DNA of 59,605 nucleotides. Origin: Gammaproteobacteria bacterium. Lineage in GTDB: Bacteria > Pseudomonadota > Gammaproteobacteria > Arenicellales > Poriferihabitantaceae. The position numbers and the translations under genes are program-made. The notes beneath the pieces are model-generated. The model had not been told where the DNA came from and searched no databases. It saw nothing but the letters and a program-made list of their open reading frames with translations. Of the stretch, positions 16,222 to 25,933 are shown piece after piece (position 1 is the stretch's first letter; every line of letters begins with the position of its first letter). The stretch covers positions 1-59,605 of the forward strand of contig JAUVBY010000004.1 in the NCBI GenBank assembly GCA_030590945.1, in the 5' to 3' direction.

Positions 16222-17856
16222 TCAATCCTTGCGGGATCTGATCCAGCCCAAAACCACCGATAAGCCGCTCGCGATATAGAGCAGGGTGCTAAACAATGTG
16301 GCGTTTGATGTCTCACTGTGCCCGGTGATTAAACCTGCGGCGAGCAATAAGCCTGCGAGCAACAAACTGTTCTGGCGCCTTGCGTTGCGCGCCAGTTGAT
16401 CCTGTAATTGGCCCATTTGCTCAGATTGAGTGTTGAGCGTTAACTGTTCATCTCGCACCCTGCGCATCAGCTCATGTGTCATGCCGGGTAGTTCCGGCAT
16501 CATGGTAAACAACTTGGGTAGTTCGTTCTTAATGGTTCGAATCGCTGCTTTGGGGCCGACCTGGTCACGCATCCAGCGTTCCAGAAATGGTTTGGCAGTT
16601 TCCCATAAATCGAGTTCAGGGTATAAGGTTCGCCCGAGGCCTTCAATATTCAGCAGGGTCTTTTGCAACAGCACGAGCTGGGGCTGCACCGGCATGTCAA
16701 AACGTTGTGCGGTGCGAAACAATGACATCAGGAATTTGCCGAAAGAAATCTCCTTGATCGGGCGCGCGAATATGGGTTCGCATACGGTGCGAATCGCAGA
16801 TTCAAAGTCGGTTGCCCGCGTGCCGGGCGGCACCCATCCTGCACGAATATGGGAATCAGCGACCATTTTGTAATCACGGTTAAAAAAGGCCAGCAGGTTT
16901 TCGGCCAGGTAGCGTTTATCCATATCGGATAAGCTGCCCATAATGCCAAAATCGACCGCGCGGTACTGTCCGTCCAGCCCGACAAAAATATTGCCCGGGT
17001 GCATGTCAGCGTGGAAAAAACCATCGCGGAACGCCTGGGTAAAGAAAATCTCCACACCCGCATGGCCGAGTTTTTTCATGTCGATGCCGGCGGCTTTGAT
17101 CGCGTCTACATCACGAATCGGAATACCATCGATACGCTCCATGCACATCACGTTGGTCTGGCAATGATCCCAATAGACCTCAGGAACGTAAATTAAGTCG
17201 GAGTTCAGGAAATTGATGCGTAGCTGGCTGGCATTCGCCGCTTCGCGCATCAGGTCCAGTTCATCGTGAATGGTGGCATCATAGTCCTGAACGATTTCAT
17301 CCAGGCGCAGGCGCCCGGCATCCGGCCAGAATTTAATGGCCAGGTCAGCCAGTTTGTAGAGCAGCGCGATATCCCTATCAATAAGAGGCAGGATATCCGG
17401 GCGCAGTACTTTAATGACAACTTCTTCACCGGTCTTCAGGCTGGCATAGTGAACCTGAGCCACTGAAGCAGACGCGACCGGTTCGGCATCAAAACTGGCA
17501 AACCGCTGTTCAACCGATTCACCGTAGGCCGCCTCGATTAGTTTGAGTGCTTCTTTACCGCAAAAGGGCGGCACACGATCCTGTAGCTTAGCCAGTTCTT
17601 CGGCAACATCAGGGGGTAGCATGTCCGGGCGCGTAGACAGCGCCTGGCCGAACTTTATGAATACGGGGCCCAGTGCTTCAAGCGCCAGGCGAAAGCGCTC
17701 TCCCCGAGGAAGATCGATGACGTCTTTCCGGCGAACGGGTAATAATTTGAATACCCATGTATAACGTTTGAGCGAATCAGAATGCGATAAAACCTCATCC
17801 AGCCCGTAGCGGCGCATGGTGCGGGCAATTCGTATAAGGTGTTTAAGGTTACGCAT
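16222..17856 (-). CDS. ubiB: Ubiquinone biosynthesis kinase-like protein UbiB
   Basis: LGPVFIKFGQ, ASASVAQVH, FFHADMHPGN, DFGIMG; ATG at 17856. Confidence 0.96.
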   Translation of the reverse strand: MRNLKHLIRIARTMRRYGLDEVLSHSDSLKRYTWVFKLLPVRRKDVIDLPRGERFRLALEALGPVFIKFGQALSTRPDMLPPDVAEELAKLQDRVPPFCGKEALKLIEAAYGESVEQRFASFDAEPVASASVAQVHYASLKTGEEVVIKVLRPDILPLIDRDIALLYKLADLAIKFWPDAGRLRLDEIVQDYDATIHDELDLMREAANASQLRINFLNSDLIYVPEVYWDHCQTNVMCMERIDGIPIRDVDAIKAAGIDMKKLGHAGVEIFFTQAFRDGFFHADMHPGNIFVGLDGQYRAVDFGIMGSLSDMDKRYLAENLLAFFNRDYKMVADSHIRAGWVPPGTRATDFESAIRTVCEPIFARPIKEISFGKFLMSLFRTAQRFDMPVQPQLVLLQKTLLNIEGLGRTLYPELDLWETAKPFLERWMRDQVGPKAAIRTIKNELPKLFTMMPELPGMTHELMRRVRDEQLTLNTQSEQMGQLQDQLARNARRQNSLLLAGLLLAAGLITGHSETSNATLFSTLLYIASGLSVVLGWIRSRKD

Positions 17857-18487
17857 CTGTCGGATTTGTGTCGGTTTGTGTTGTTGAAGCGTCGAATGCT
17901 CTACGCAATTTAGCGATACGCGCTTCGAGTCTCGCGGTATCCGAGCGCAAACCTTCAACCTTGCCGGTCAGGTCGTCCACTTCGACCTTTGAAGGAGCGA
18001 CCTTGATTTCCTCCTGAACGTACTCACCCGCATTTTCCTTGAATTGCCGGCTTGACTGACCAAACCATTGACCAATTTCGTCCAGAGCGCGATGTAACTT
18101 ACGCGCAGCCATGTCACCCACTAAACTTGCGCTGAGTTCCTCCCAGTCAATTTGAACATTAGCGAGTAGATGTTGAAAAGCCTGGCCCAGTTCCGCATCG
18201 CCGCTCATGGTGATTTTTCCTTCGGCGAATACCTTGCTGTGCGCACCGTCTTTTGCCAGTTGAGCGAACGCCCACAAGGAACCGCGCAGGCGCACAGCCG
18301 GTTCCTCCTCGCCTGCGAGCTCAACGATGAAGCCATCCGGGCAGGGGCGCAAATCGATCTCAAGCGCTGGCTCGGTCAGTTCGATGCGAAAGGTCTTTTT
18401 AAAGAATGGCTTAAGCTGTTCAAGAAAATACGGATCCAGCGCCAATAAGTGATTGCCCGCAGACTCGATTAGTTTTAGCCACGTCAT
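17849..18487 (-). CDS. ubiJ: Ubiquinone biosynthesis accessory factor UbiJ (SCP2 domain)
   Basis: GDAELGQ, IDWEELS, RLEARI; lies between ubiE and ubiB. Confidence 0.92.
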   Translation of the reverse strand: MTWLKLIESAGNHLLALDPYFLEQLKPFFKKTFRIELTEPALEIDLRPCPDGFIVELAGEEEPAVRLRGSLWAFAQLAKDGAHSKVFAEGKITMSGDAELGQAFQHLLANVQIDWEELSASLVGDMAARKLHRALDEIGQWFGQSSRQFKENAGEYVQEEIKVAPSKVEVDDLTGKVEGLRSDTARLEARIAKLRRAFDASTTQTDTNPTDA

Positions 18488-18502
18488 GCCAGGGGGACTC
18501 TC

Positions 18503-19252
18503 TTAATACTTGTAGGCAATATGCAGCGCGACGATGCCGCCGTGCATATTGTGTACGCGCACCTCATCAAAACCGGCATCCAGCATCATATTTTTTAAGG
18601 TTTCCTGATCCGGGTGTTTACGGATTGATTCCACCAGGTACTGATAGCTTTCTCGATCATTAGCAACGATTTCGCCGATTTTGGGAATGACGTTAAACGA
18701 ATAAGCGTCGTAAAATTTCTTCAGAAACGGGTTCTGCGCGTGTGAAAACTCCAGCACCAGCAGGCGCCCGCCGGGTTTGGTAACGCGAAACATCGATTTA
18801 AGCGCTTTAGGGATGCGTGTCACATTACGCAGGCCAAATGATATTGAAACGCAGTTGAAGCGGTTGTCTTCAAAGCTCAGTTCTTCTGCGTCTTCAATAC
18901 CAAATTCGATGTTGCCCAGATAACCGGCATCGATCATGCGAATTTTTCCCTGTTCCAGCATCGAGGGGTTGATGTCAGTCATTACCACGGTGCCGTTCGG
19001 GCCCACCTGATCGGCAAATTTTCGGGATAGATCTCCCGTGCCCGCAGCGATGTCCAGGGCTTGATCCCCTTTTTTCAGCCCACTTTGGCGGACAGTAAAC
19101 GCTTTCCAGAGCCGGTGATTGCCCAGCGACATCAGGTCGTTCATGATGTCGTATTTACTGGCAACAGAATGAAATACCTCACCCACGAGGCCGGCTTTGT
19201 CGTTTTCATCGACATCGCGGTAACCAAAATGGGTCTGCTTGTTGGTGCTCAT
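18503..19252 (-). CDS. ubiE: Ubiquinone/menaquinone C-methyltransferase UbiE
   Basis: [43 protein letters not shown]. Confidence 0.97.
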   Translation of the reverse strand: MSTNKQTHFGYRDVDENDKAGLVGEVFHSVASKYDIMNDLMSLGNHRLWKAFTVRQSGLKKGDQALDIAAGTGDLSRKFADQVGPNGTVVMTDINPSMLEQGKIRMIDAGYLGNIEFGIEDAEELSFEDNRFNCVSISFGLRNVTRIPKALKSMFRVTKPGGRLLVLEFSHAQNPFLKKFYDAYSFNVIPKIGEIVANDRESYQYLVESIRKHPDQETLKNMMLDAGFDEVRVHNMHGGIVALHIAYKY

Positions 19253-19277
19253 AGTGGTAGGGTGTCGGATTTAGGCA

Positions 19278-19643
19278 TCAGGCATCCAGTTTGCGTTCAT
19301 GGCCGGCATCGCGCAAGCGGGTAATATAGTCCTTCCAGTATTTTTGCTGGTTTTTGCCCAGGTCATACAGGGTGTCCCACGCGTAGATCCCCGTGTCGTG
19401 ATCATCGCTAAAGCGCAGCAGAATGGCGTAATGGCCGACGGGTTCGATTTTTTCAATTTTAACGTTTTCTTTGCCGGTTTGCAGTACCGCCTGATCCGGG
19501 CTGTGGCCCTGTACTTCCGCTGAGGGGGAATGCACACGCAGGTATTCTGCATTCATTTCAAACGTGGAGCCTTCATCGAAGCCAACCTCAAGAATGCGTG
19601 ATTTCTGGTGGTAGGTGATATTGGTTGGTTTAGGTGCTGCCAT
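19278..19643 (-). CDS. DUF971 / gamma-butyrobetaine hydroxylase N-terminal-like protein
   Basis: EYLRVHSPSAEVQGH, PVGHYA, DDHDTGIY. Confidence 0.9.
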   Translation of the reverse strand: MAAPKPTNITYHQKSRILEVGFDEGSTFEMNAEYLRVHSPSAEVQGHSPDQAVLQTGKENVKIEKIEPVGHYAILLRFSDDHDTGIYAWDTLYDLGKNQQKYWKDYITRLRDAGHERKLDA

Positions 19644-19792
19644 GATTTGTAGTCCGGAATTCGGGTGTGATTATACCTTAGACAGATCGCTCGTCTAAGG
19701 TTTGTGGGGCTGAAGTGGGAGTGAAATCACAAAATTCCAGTTCAGGGCTATGATAAACTGAAAGTTTGTAGCTCCTTAATATACGCACCGTC

Positions 19793-20212
19793 ATGGCCGA
19801 AAAACGATCTGTTCCTGCTGCGCTTGGTATTTTTATTGGCCCGGCGATCGCCTATCTAAGCTACCTGATATTTACATCGGGGTTCAATGAGTTTGCACAA
19901 ATCGCCTGTTTTGCTTTGTTTCTGATGGCTGGTCATGACCTGGCCAAAAGCAGAATTTCACTCAGTGGTATCCTGACCCTGTTACTGCTGCCGGCCATTC
20001 CGATTGCCATGTATCTCAATCAGGCGAAGGTGCTGGCGGGTCATCAACTTAGCCCGATGGTTATTATTGGCCTTTGGGTGGCGAGTGTTTTGCTGGGCGC
20101 GCTTATCGCGGGTCGCGCACCGCAAATGGAAGGTGATTCCGCTCATGTGACGCGCCTGGTGATTAGTGGAAGCGGCCTGTTCGTATTAATTGTCGCAATG
20201 TTTATATTTTAG
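19793..20212 (+). CDS. Hypothetical membrane protein
   Basis: 139 aa, about 5 hydrophobic segments. Confidence 0.7.
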   Translation: MAEKRSVPAALGIFIGPAIAYLSYLIFTSGFNEFAQIACFALFLMAGHDLAKSRISLSGILTLLLLPAIPIAMYLNQAKVLAGHQLSPMVIIGLWVASVLLGALIAGRAPQMEGDSAHVTRLVISGSGLFVLIVAMFIF

Positions 20213-20215
20213 CCC

Positions 20216-20572
20216 GTGACAAACAAACTACCTAAAGCACGAAGTTCGAGCCAGTTCGTTATACATCAGAATAACGAACCTCTATACGAGCGAGCGCCGA
20301 CGTTGGACGAAAATGGTAAGCCCTATGCTGACTTTATGTTACTGATACCGGGCTTAAATAAAGTATCTGCGCCGGAGCTAAAAGCCAAAATGGCGAGCCT
20401 GCAGGCGGTACTGGTAAATTGTTCCGAAGTGGTATTCGCCGATTTGAATATGCGCCTTAATTTACTCTGGGTATCCATTAAACCTAAAGCAGGCTTGATT
20501 CAAAGCATTACAGTGGAAATCCAGCAGTACCTGCCAGAGGCGAAACTGGTCAGCGGTGATTTCCGTAAATAG
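20216..20572 (+). CDS. Conserved hypothetical protein
   Basis: ADFMLLIPGL, VVFADLNMRLNLLWVS, PEAKLV. Confidence 0.75.
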   Translation: MTNKLPKARSSSQFVIHQNNEPLYERAPTLDENGKPYADFMLLIPGLNKVSAPELKAKMASLQAVLVNCSEVVFADLNMRLNLLWVSIKPKAGLIQSITVEIQQYLPEAKLVSGDFRK

Positions 20573-20576
20573 CATC

Positions 20577-20743
20577 AACCCAATTCCCAACATAGAGATC
20601 ACGAAAGTAGCACAAGCCCTTGACGCACCTGGCAAACGAGCCAACCTGCTCATCGCCAACAAGGTGACTACGCATTTCGTTCGTTCACCATGCACGCCAA
20701 CGCCTCGCGCTCTTTTCCGCGATTCTATATTGGGAATTGGGTT
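20577..20743. mobile_element. MITE-like element (167 bp) with 20-bp terminal inverted repeats
   Basis: AACCCAATTCCCAACATAGA and TCTATATTGGGAATTGGGTT, 19/20 complementary. Confidence 0.8.
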
Positions 20744-20846
20744 TAATAAATAAACCCTGTTCCTGCCCAAGCGCCTTGGCATAGCATCCGCCACTCATCC
20801 TGAGGTAGAATACGGCGCGTTTTAATGAAGCCTTCCAGATGCACAA

Positions 20847-21221
20847 ATGACACAGCCAATCGTAGATTATACCGACGAGCAGGTCAGCGCAGTTCGAACA
20901 TTGATTAATAATCACTATGGCGAGGAAACAGAGTTGCACCTGGGCGATAGCGAAGTACAAATTGATCCCAAAATAGAAGAAGTTACCCGGTGTCCTGTTA
21001 TTTTCTGGAATGCGAGTGAGTGTAATTTCGTCATTATTAAAACGGGAGAAGATCAGTACCGCGCCCAGTATTTTCATACGCCGCATGAGCAGGTGAGCAC
21101 GCAGCAGGTATTCTTCACGGTGGTAGAAGATTGCGTTAACGCCATTTTGCGTGAGCAATCGAACGATGAACGCAAATCCGGGGGCGTCACCAGCGGCACA
21201 TCGAGTGCCGGCATACATTAA
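20847..21221 (+). CDS. Conserved hypothetical protein
   Basis: 124 aa, CPVIFW...CNFVIIKTGEDQYRAQYF. Confidence 0.75.
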   Translation: MTQPIVDYTDEQVSAVRTLINNHYGEETELHLGDSEVQIDPKIEEVTRCPVIFWNASECNFVIIKTGEDQYRAQYFHTPHEQVSTQQVFFTVVEDCVNAILREQSNDERKSGGVTSGTSSAGIH

Positions 21222-21299
21222 CAGGCTGTCTACGGCGCATTTGGTTTTCTGCCGGCGCTGTGGTCACCGCAAACAAACACAATACATTAGGAATTTAAG

Positions 21300-22559
21300 A
21301 TGAGTGATAAACAGAATGCGTTTTACGCACAATCAGGTGGAGTAACCGCCGTTATTAATGCTTCGGCAGCGGGTGTGATCGAAACTGCGCGCGCCAATGG
21401 CGATAAAATCGGTACGGTATACGCAGGTCGAAACGGAATTATTGGTGCTTTAACCGAGGATCTGGTTGATACCTCGGCCATTTCAGATGCCGATGTGTCT
21501 GCATTGCGCCATACCCCTTCAGGCGCATTCGGTTCCTGCCGTTTTAAGCTCAAAAGCCTGGAAGACAATAAACGCGAATATGATCGTTTGATCGAAGTGT
21601 TCAAGGCGCACAATATTGGCTATTTTTTCTACAACGGCGGCGGAGATTCGGCGGATACCTGTCTTAAAGTGTCTCAATTATCCGAGACTATGGGGTATCC
21701 GATCAAGGCAATTCATGTGCCTAAAACCGTAGACAATGACCTGCCGATCACCGATAACTGCCCGGGTTTTGGTTCCGTGGCCAAATATATTGCGGTATCT
21801 ACGCTGGAGGCGAGTTTTGATGTAGCCTCGATGGCCAAGACCTCGACCAAGGTGTTTGTGCTGGAAGTGATGGGGCGTCATGCGGGTTGGATCGCAGCAG
21901 CCGGTGGGATGGCATCGACGGATCTTGATTTGCCGATACTGATTTTATTTCCTGAGATTACGTTTGACCGTAAGGTGTTCATGGGAAAAGTAGCCGAAAA
22001 AGTCGAAAAGTATGGTTATGTATCGGTAGTGGTTTCAGAAGGCGTACAGGGTGATGATGGGAAGTTCCTTGCTGACCAGGGCCTGAAAGACGCATTTGGT
22101 CATGCGCAGCTGGGTGGTGTAGCACCGGTCGTGGCGAACATGATTCGCGAAGATTTAGGGCTGAAATATCACTGGGGTGTCGCTGATTATCTGCAACGCG
22201 CCGCGCGCCACATTGCTTCAAAATCCGATGTCGAGCAGGCGTACGCACTGGGCGAGGCCGCGGTTAATTACGCGCTGGCGGGTGATAACTCTGTGATGCC
22301 TACGGTAGACCGGGTTTCAGATAACCCTTATAAATGGGAGATAGGCAAGGCGTCACTCGATCAGGTGGCGAATGTCGAGAAAATGATGCCGCGTGATTAC
22401 ATCACGGAAGACGGTTTTGGTATTACCGATGCATGCCGCACATATCTTGGCCCGTTGATGGAAGGCGAAGATTACCCTCCGTACAAAAATGGCTTGCCGC
22501 AATACGTGATGCTGGATCATAAAATGGTAGATAAAAAGCTTGAGCCATTTGAGATTTAA
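21300..22559 (+). CDS. pfp: 6-phosphofructokinase, probably pyrophosphate-dependent
   Basis: AQSGGVTAVIN, NGGGDS (Asp), PKTVDND (Lys), EVMGRHAGW. Confidence 0.9.
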   Translation: MSDKQNAFYAQSGGVTAVINASAAGVIETARANGDKIGTVYAGRNGIIGALTEDLVDTSAISDADVSALRHTPSGAFGSCRFKLKSLEDNKREYDRLIEVFKAHNIGYFFYNGGGDSADTCLKVSQLSETMGYPIKAIHVPKTVDNDLPITDNCPGFGSVAKYIAVSTLEASFDVASMAKTSTKVFVLEVMGRHAGWIAAAGGMASTDLDLPILILFPEITFDRKVFMGKVAEKVEKYGYVSVVVSEGVQGDDGKFLADQGLKDAFGHAQLGGVAPVVANMIREDLGLKYHWGVADYLQRAARHIASKSDVEQAYALGEAAVNYALAGDNSVMPTVDRVSDNPYKWEIGKASLDQVANVEKMMPRDYITEDGFGITDACRTYLGPLMEGEDYPPYKNGLPQYVMLDHKMVDKKLEPFEI

Positions 22560-22642
22560 GCGCAGTATGTAGCCAGTTTCTTCCATAACTCCCGGCAAAG
22601 TGCGCCAGGTTTGCCTGGCGTAATTAAATGCTAAGGCAGGGT

Positions 22643-23101
22643 ATGCAAAAATTCATCATCAAGCCAAACAATTCGCTGCCAAAACGTGAATTGATATTGC
22701 TCGGTGGTGGTTTTGCCTTACTGATGAGCTTGATGGCGGTGCGATTGCTGCTTCTGGGTATGTGGCTGGTTGTGCCGTTTTTACTGCTGGATGTCCTGGT
22801 GGTGGCTGCAGCGTTTTATCTTATTCGTAAAGAAAGCCGGGTACATGAATCAATTTTTATCGATGGCGTTGCGCTCGAGATCCGTCATCATGAGGCGCGG
22901 CGTTCTAAATCCTGGTCTTTTGATATACACTGGGTCAAAATACTCCTGCAGAAGCACCAACATCCCTGGCAAGCGAGCCGCCTGCTGGTAGGCTCGCACG
23001 GCAAATGGATAGAGTTTGCCAACTTTTTAACCGATGAAGAACGTGCCAGTCTTTCGCGCGCACTCAAACAATCCATCCAAACGCATATTCACCATGTCTA
23101 A
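22643..23101 (+). CDS. DUF2244 domain membrane protein
   Basis: KPNNSL, two TM segments, SHGKWIEFANFLTDEER. Confidence 0.85.
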   Translation: MQKFIIKPNNSLPKRELILLGGGFALLMSLMAVRLLLLGMWLVVPFLLLDVLVVAAAFYLIRKESRVHESIFIDGVALEIRHHEARRSKSWSFDIHWVKILLQKHQHPWQASRLLVGSHGKWIEFANFLTDEERASLSRALKQSIQTHIHHV

Positions 23102-24017
23102 AGCACAAACTATGGGTTCACAGTCGTTTATCAATAACTGGTCGACGTATCTTGCATGCTGCAAGCTTAAGGTTGTATATCTGATCATGTTTACTGCGCT
23201 GGTCGGCATGTTGCTGTCAGTTGATGGTTTGCCGCCTTTATCCAATATGTTCTGGGGTTTGATCGGCATTGGTATGGCCGCGGCCGCGGGTGCGGCGCTG
23301 AACCATGTGATCGACGAGGAAATAGATCAGCGTATGGAGCGTACTAAGGGTCGCCCGGTTGCTACCGGGGAGCTGGAACCGCGTAACGTGGTTATTTTTG
23401 CAGTATCGCTGGCGGTGTTGTCATCGCTGATACTCTACGTGTTCGTCAATACGCTGACCATGATGCTGACCATGGCTTCCATGATCGGTTACGCGGTGAT
23501 ATACACCATGTTTTTAAAGCGTTCAACGCCGCAAAACATTGTGATCGGTGGCGCAGCCGGCGCAGCGCCCCCGGTGTTAGGCTGGACTTCGATCACCGGT
23601 GAGTTACACAGCGAAGCATTACTGCTGTTTTTGATTATTTTTGTATGGACGCCACCGCATTTCTGGGCCCTGGCGATTAAGCGTGAAAAGGAGTATGCCA
23701 AAGCAAAAGTACCGATGCTGCCGGTCACGCATGGTATTGCTCTGACCAAATTGCATATAGTGCTGTATACCATCTTATTGCTGGTGGTTACCCTGATGCC
23801 ATTCGTGGTATTCATGAGTGGCACTGTTTATCTGGCCGGCGCGATCGTCCTGGGCGCGGGTTTTGCGTACTATGCCTGGAAATTATATTCAACGGAAGGC
23901 GATGAATTTGCGATGAAAACCTTCGGCTACTCGATATTTTACCTGACGGCTTTATTCGGGTTTTTATTGCTGGATCATTACGTCAGGATCATTATTCGCA
24001 CCTATTTTATGAGCTAA
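23094..24017 (+). CDS. ctaB: Protoheme IX farnesyltransferase (heme o synthase)
   Basis: DEEIDQRMERTKGRP, LKRSTPQNIVIGG, WTPPHFWAL. Confidence 0.96.
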   Translation: MSKAQTMGSQSFINNWSTYLACCKLKVVYLIMFTALVGMLLSVDGLPPLSNMFWGLIGIGMAAAAGAALNHVIDEEIDQRMERTKGRPVATGELEPRNVVIFAVSLAVLSSLILYVFVNTLTMMLTMASMIGYAVIYTMFLKRSTPQNIVIGGAAGAAPPVLGWTSITGELHSEALLLFLIIFVWTPPHFWALAIKREKEYAKAKVPMLPVTHGIALTKLHIVLYTILLLVVTLMPFVVFMSGTVYLAGAIVLGAGFAYYAWKLYSTEGDEFAMKTFGYSIFYLTALFGFLLLDHYVRIIIRTYFMS

Positions 24018-24032
24018 CAGGATAAACCCGGT

Positions 24033-24239
24033 ATGTCAGATAATAATCCAGGAGTCACCCCGTTCAGCATTTTAAAAAGTGCCTTGTCGGCCATGATCGG
24101 CGTGCAGAGCAATGAAAACCGCGAAAGAGATTTTAAAAGTGGTAAGTTCTGGCACTTTTTTTTCGCCGGCTTTATTGTGCTGGTCGGGTTTATGCTGGTC
24201 GTGTGGCTGGCGGTTAAGTTGTTAATGGCCAGCGTATAA
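24033..24239 (+). CDS. DUF2970 small membrane protein
   Basis: SALSAMIGVQSNENRERDF. Confidence 0.85.
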   Translation: MSDNNPGVTPFSILKSALSAMIGVQSNENRERDFKSGKFWHFFFAGFIVLVGFMLVVWLAVKLLMASV

Positions 24240-24254
24240 GGCTGGTGAATCACA

Positions 24255-24437
24255 ATGGTTAATCAGGACGCTTCCATTGGGGCCGACAAAACTCTTGAAA
24301 GCATTATCGAAAAAATGCAAACGATCCAGAAGAGAATAAGTGGTGGGTCGCAGCCCGCTTCGATGCATGAACTGGACGAGTTGAAAAAACTCGGTCAACA
24401 GTATGCAAAGGTAGTCGAGGTGCTGCGGCGGGAGTGA
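24255..24437 (+). CDS. Small hypothetical protein
   Basis: 60-aa helical ORF following DUF2970 gene in the same direction. Confidence 0.55.
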   Translation: MVNQDASIGADKTLESIIEKMQTIQKRISGGSQPASMHELDELKKLGQQYAKVVEVLRRE

Positions 24438-24598
24438 TAAATCAAACAAAATGGCGCTTTTTTATGGCTGTTAAAGGTAAAAGTAGTAGTATTTACGCCT
24501 CGCAAGCCGGATAACCATATATTTAACAAGGATTTATCTCTGATAAGCCTCACTAAAGTTGAATTAATATCTTTTTCTCTAAAAGACGAATCATGGAT

Positions 24599-24615
24599 TG
24601 CGGCATTATGCCGCA
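24599..24615. promoter_or_regulatory. RegA/PrrA/RoxR-like operator upstream of the cox operon
   Basis: TGCGGCATTATGCCGCA palindrome about 145 bp before coxB. Confidence 0.6.
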
Positions 24616-24760
24616 TTAGATATCATTGACAGGATCACATAAGTATAAAAAACCTCTTTCTTGATTAGAGCTCACCAGTGCGCGAAGGCGCATTTTTCGT
24701 GTAGGGCGCATTGGGGTTTGAACTAAATTAGAATTTTATAAGTCTCGAGGAAAACACTGT

Positions 24761-25888
24761 ATGAACAAGCTAATTCAGATTGCTGTCGGCATGATGGGCG
24801 CGGCATTTACGTCAGGCGCATACGCAGCATGGGAAACCAACCTGACTAAAGGTGTGACAGATATAAGTCACGAAGTTTATGATCTGCACATGCTGGTTTT
24901 GTACGTCTGCATCGCAATCGGTGTCCTGGTTTTTGGTGCGATGATCTATTCCATGATCTACCATCGTAAATCTAAAGGCCACAAGGCGGCTACGTTTCAC
25001 GAAAGCACCAAAGCAGAAATTGCCTGGACGATCGTTCCCGTTTTCATTCTTGTCGCGCTGGCGATACCGGCGGCCAAGGCCCTGATCAAAATGGAGGATT
25101 CCTCCAATGCGGACCTGACCATATTAGTCACCGGTTATCAGTGGAAATGGCAGTACGAATACCCGGAAGAAGGCATCAGTTTTTTCAGTAATCTCGCCAG
25201 TGATAGTCGTGAAGCCAGTGCGCGTGATTCAGGCATTGATCCGGCAACCGTCGATAACTATTTGCTGGAAGTAGATAACCCTCTGGTCATCCCGGTGGGC
25301 AAGAAAGTACGCTTCCTGTTTACTTCAAACGATGTTAATCATGGCTGGTGGGTGCCTGATTTCGCGGTCAAGAAAGATGCGATTCCCGGTTTTATCAATG
25401 ATATGTGGGCGAACGTAAACGAGCCGGGTATCTATCGCGGACAGTGTGCGGAGTTGTGTGGCAAGGATCACGGTTTCATGCCGATCGTTGTCATCGCCAA
25501 GGAAGAGTCTGAATATAACGAATGGGTTGAGCAGCAACTGGCATCCGCAAAGGAAACCGAAGCCGCGGCTAATAAAACCTGGGATATGGCCTCACTCATG
25601 GAGCAAGGCGAAAAAGTGTACACCACTTCATGTGTAGCCTGTCACCAGGCTGGCGGCCAGGGTATCCCGGGTGTCTTTCCAGCCATTACCGGTAGCGCCA
25701 TCGCAACGGGTGATGTGGCCGGACATTTAGATACCATTATGAATGGTCGACCCGGCACTGCAATGCAGGCATTTGCCGGGCAGTTGAATGACGCGGATGT
25801 CGCGGCGGTTACCACCTATCAACGCAACGGTCTGGGTAATTCAGTCGGCGATATGGTTCAACCTTCGGACGTCAAAGCGTTACGATAA
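24761..25888 (+). CDS. coxB: Cytochrome c oxidase subunit II with C-terminal cytochrome c
   Basis: DVNHGW, CuA motif CAELCGKDHGFM, CVACH. Confidence 0.97.
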   Translation: MNKLIQIAVGMMGAAFTSGAYAAWETNLTKGVTDISHEVYDLHMLVLYVCIAIGVLVFGAMIYSMIYHRKSKGHKAATFHESTKAEIAWTIVPVFILVALAIPAAKALIKMEDSSNADLTILVTGYQWKWQYEYPEEGISFFSNLASDSREASARDSGIDPATVDNYLLEVDNPLVIPVGKKVRFLFTSNDVNHGWWVPDFAVKKDAIPGFINDMWANVNEPGIYRGQCAELCGKDHGFMPIVVIAKEESEYNEWVEQQLASAKETEAAANKTWDMASLMEQGEKVYTTSCVACHQAGGQGIPGVFPAITGSAIATGDVAGHLDTIMNGRPGTAMQAFAGQLNDADVAAVTTYQRNGLGNSVGDMVQPSDVKALR

Positions 25889-25933
25889 ATCGAAGCCACA
25901 CGAATAAATAGCTAAAAGTTTAGAGGAAATTTC

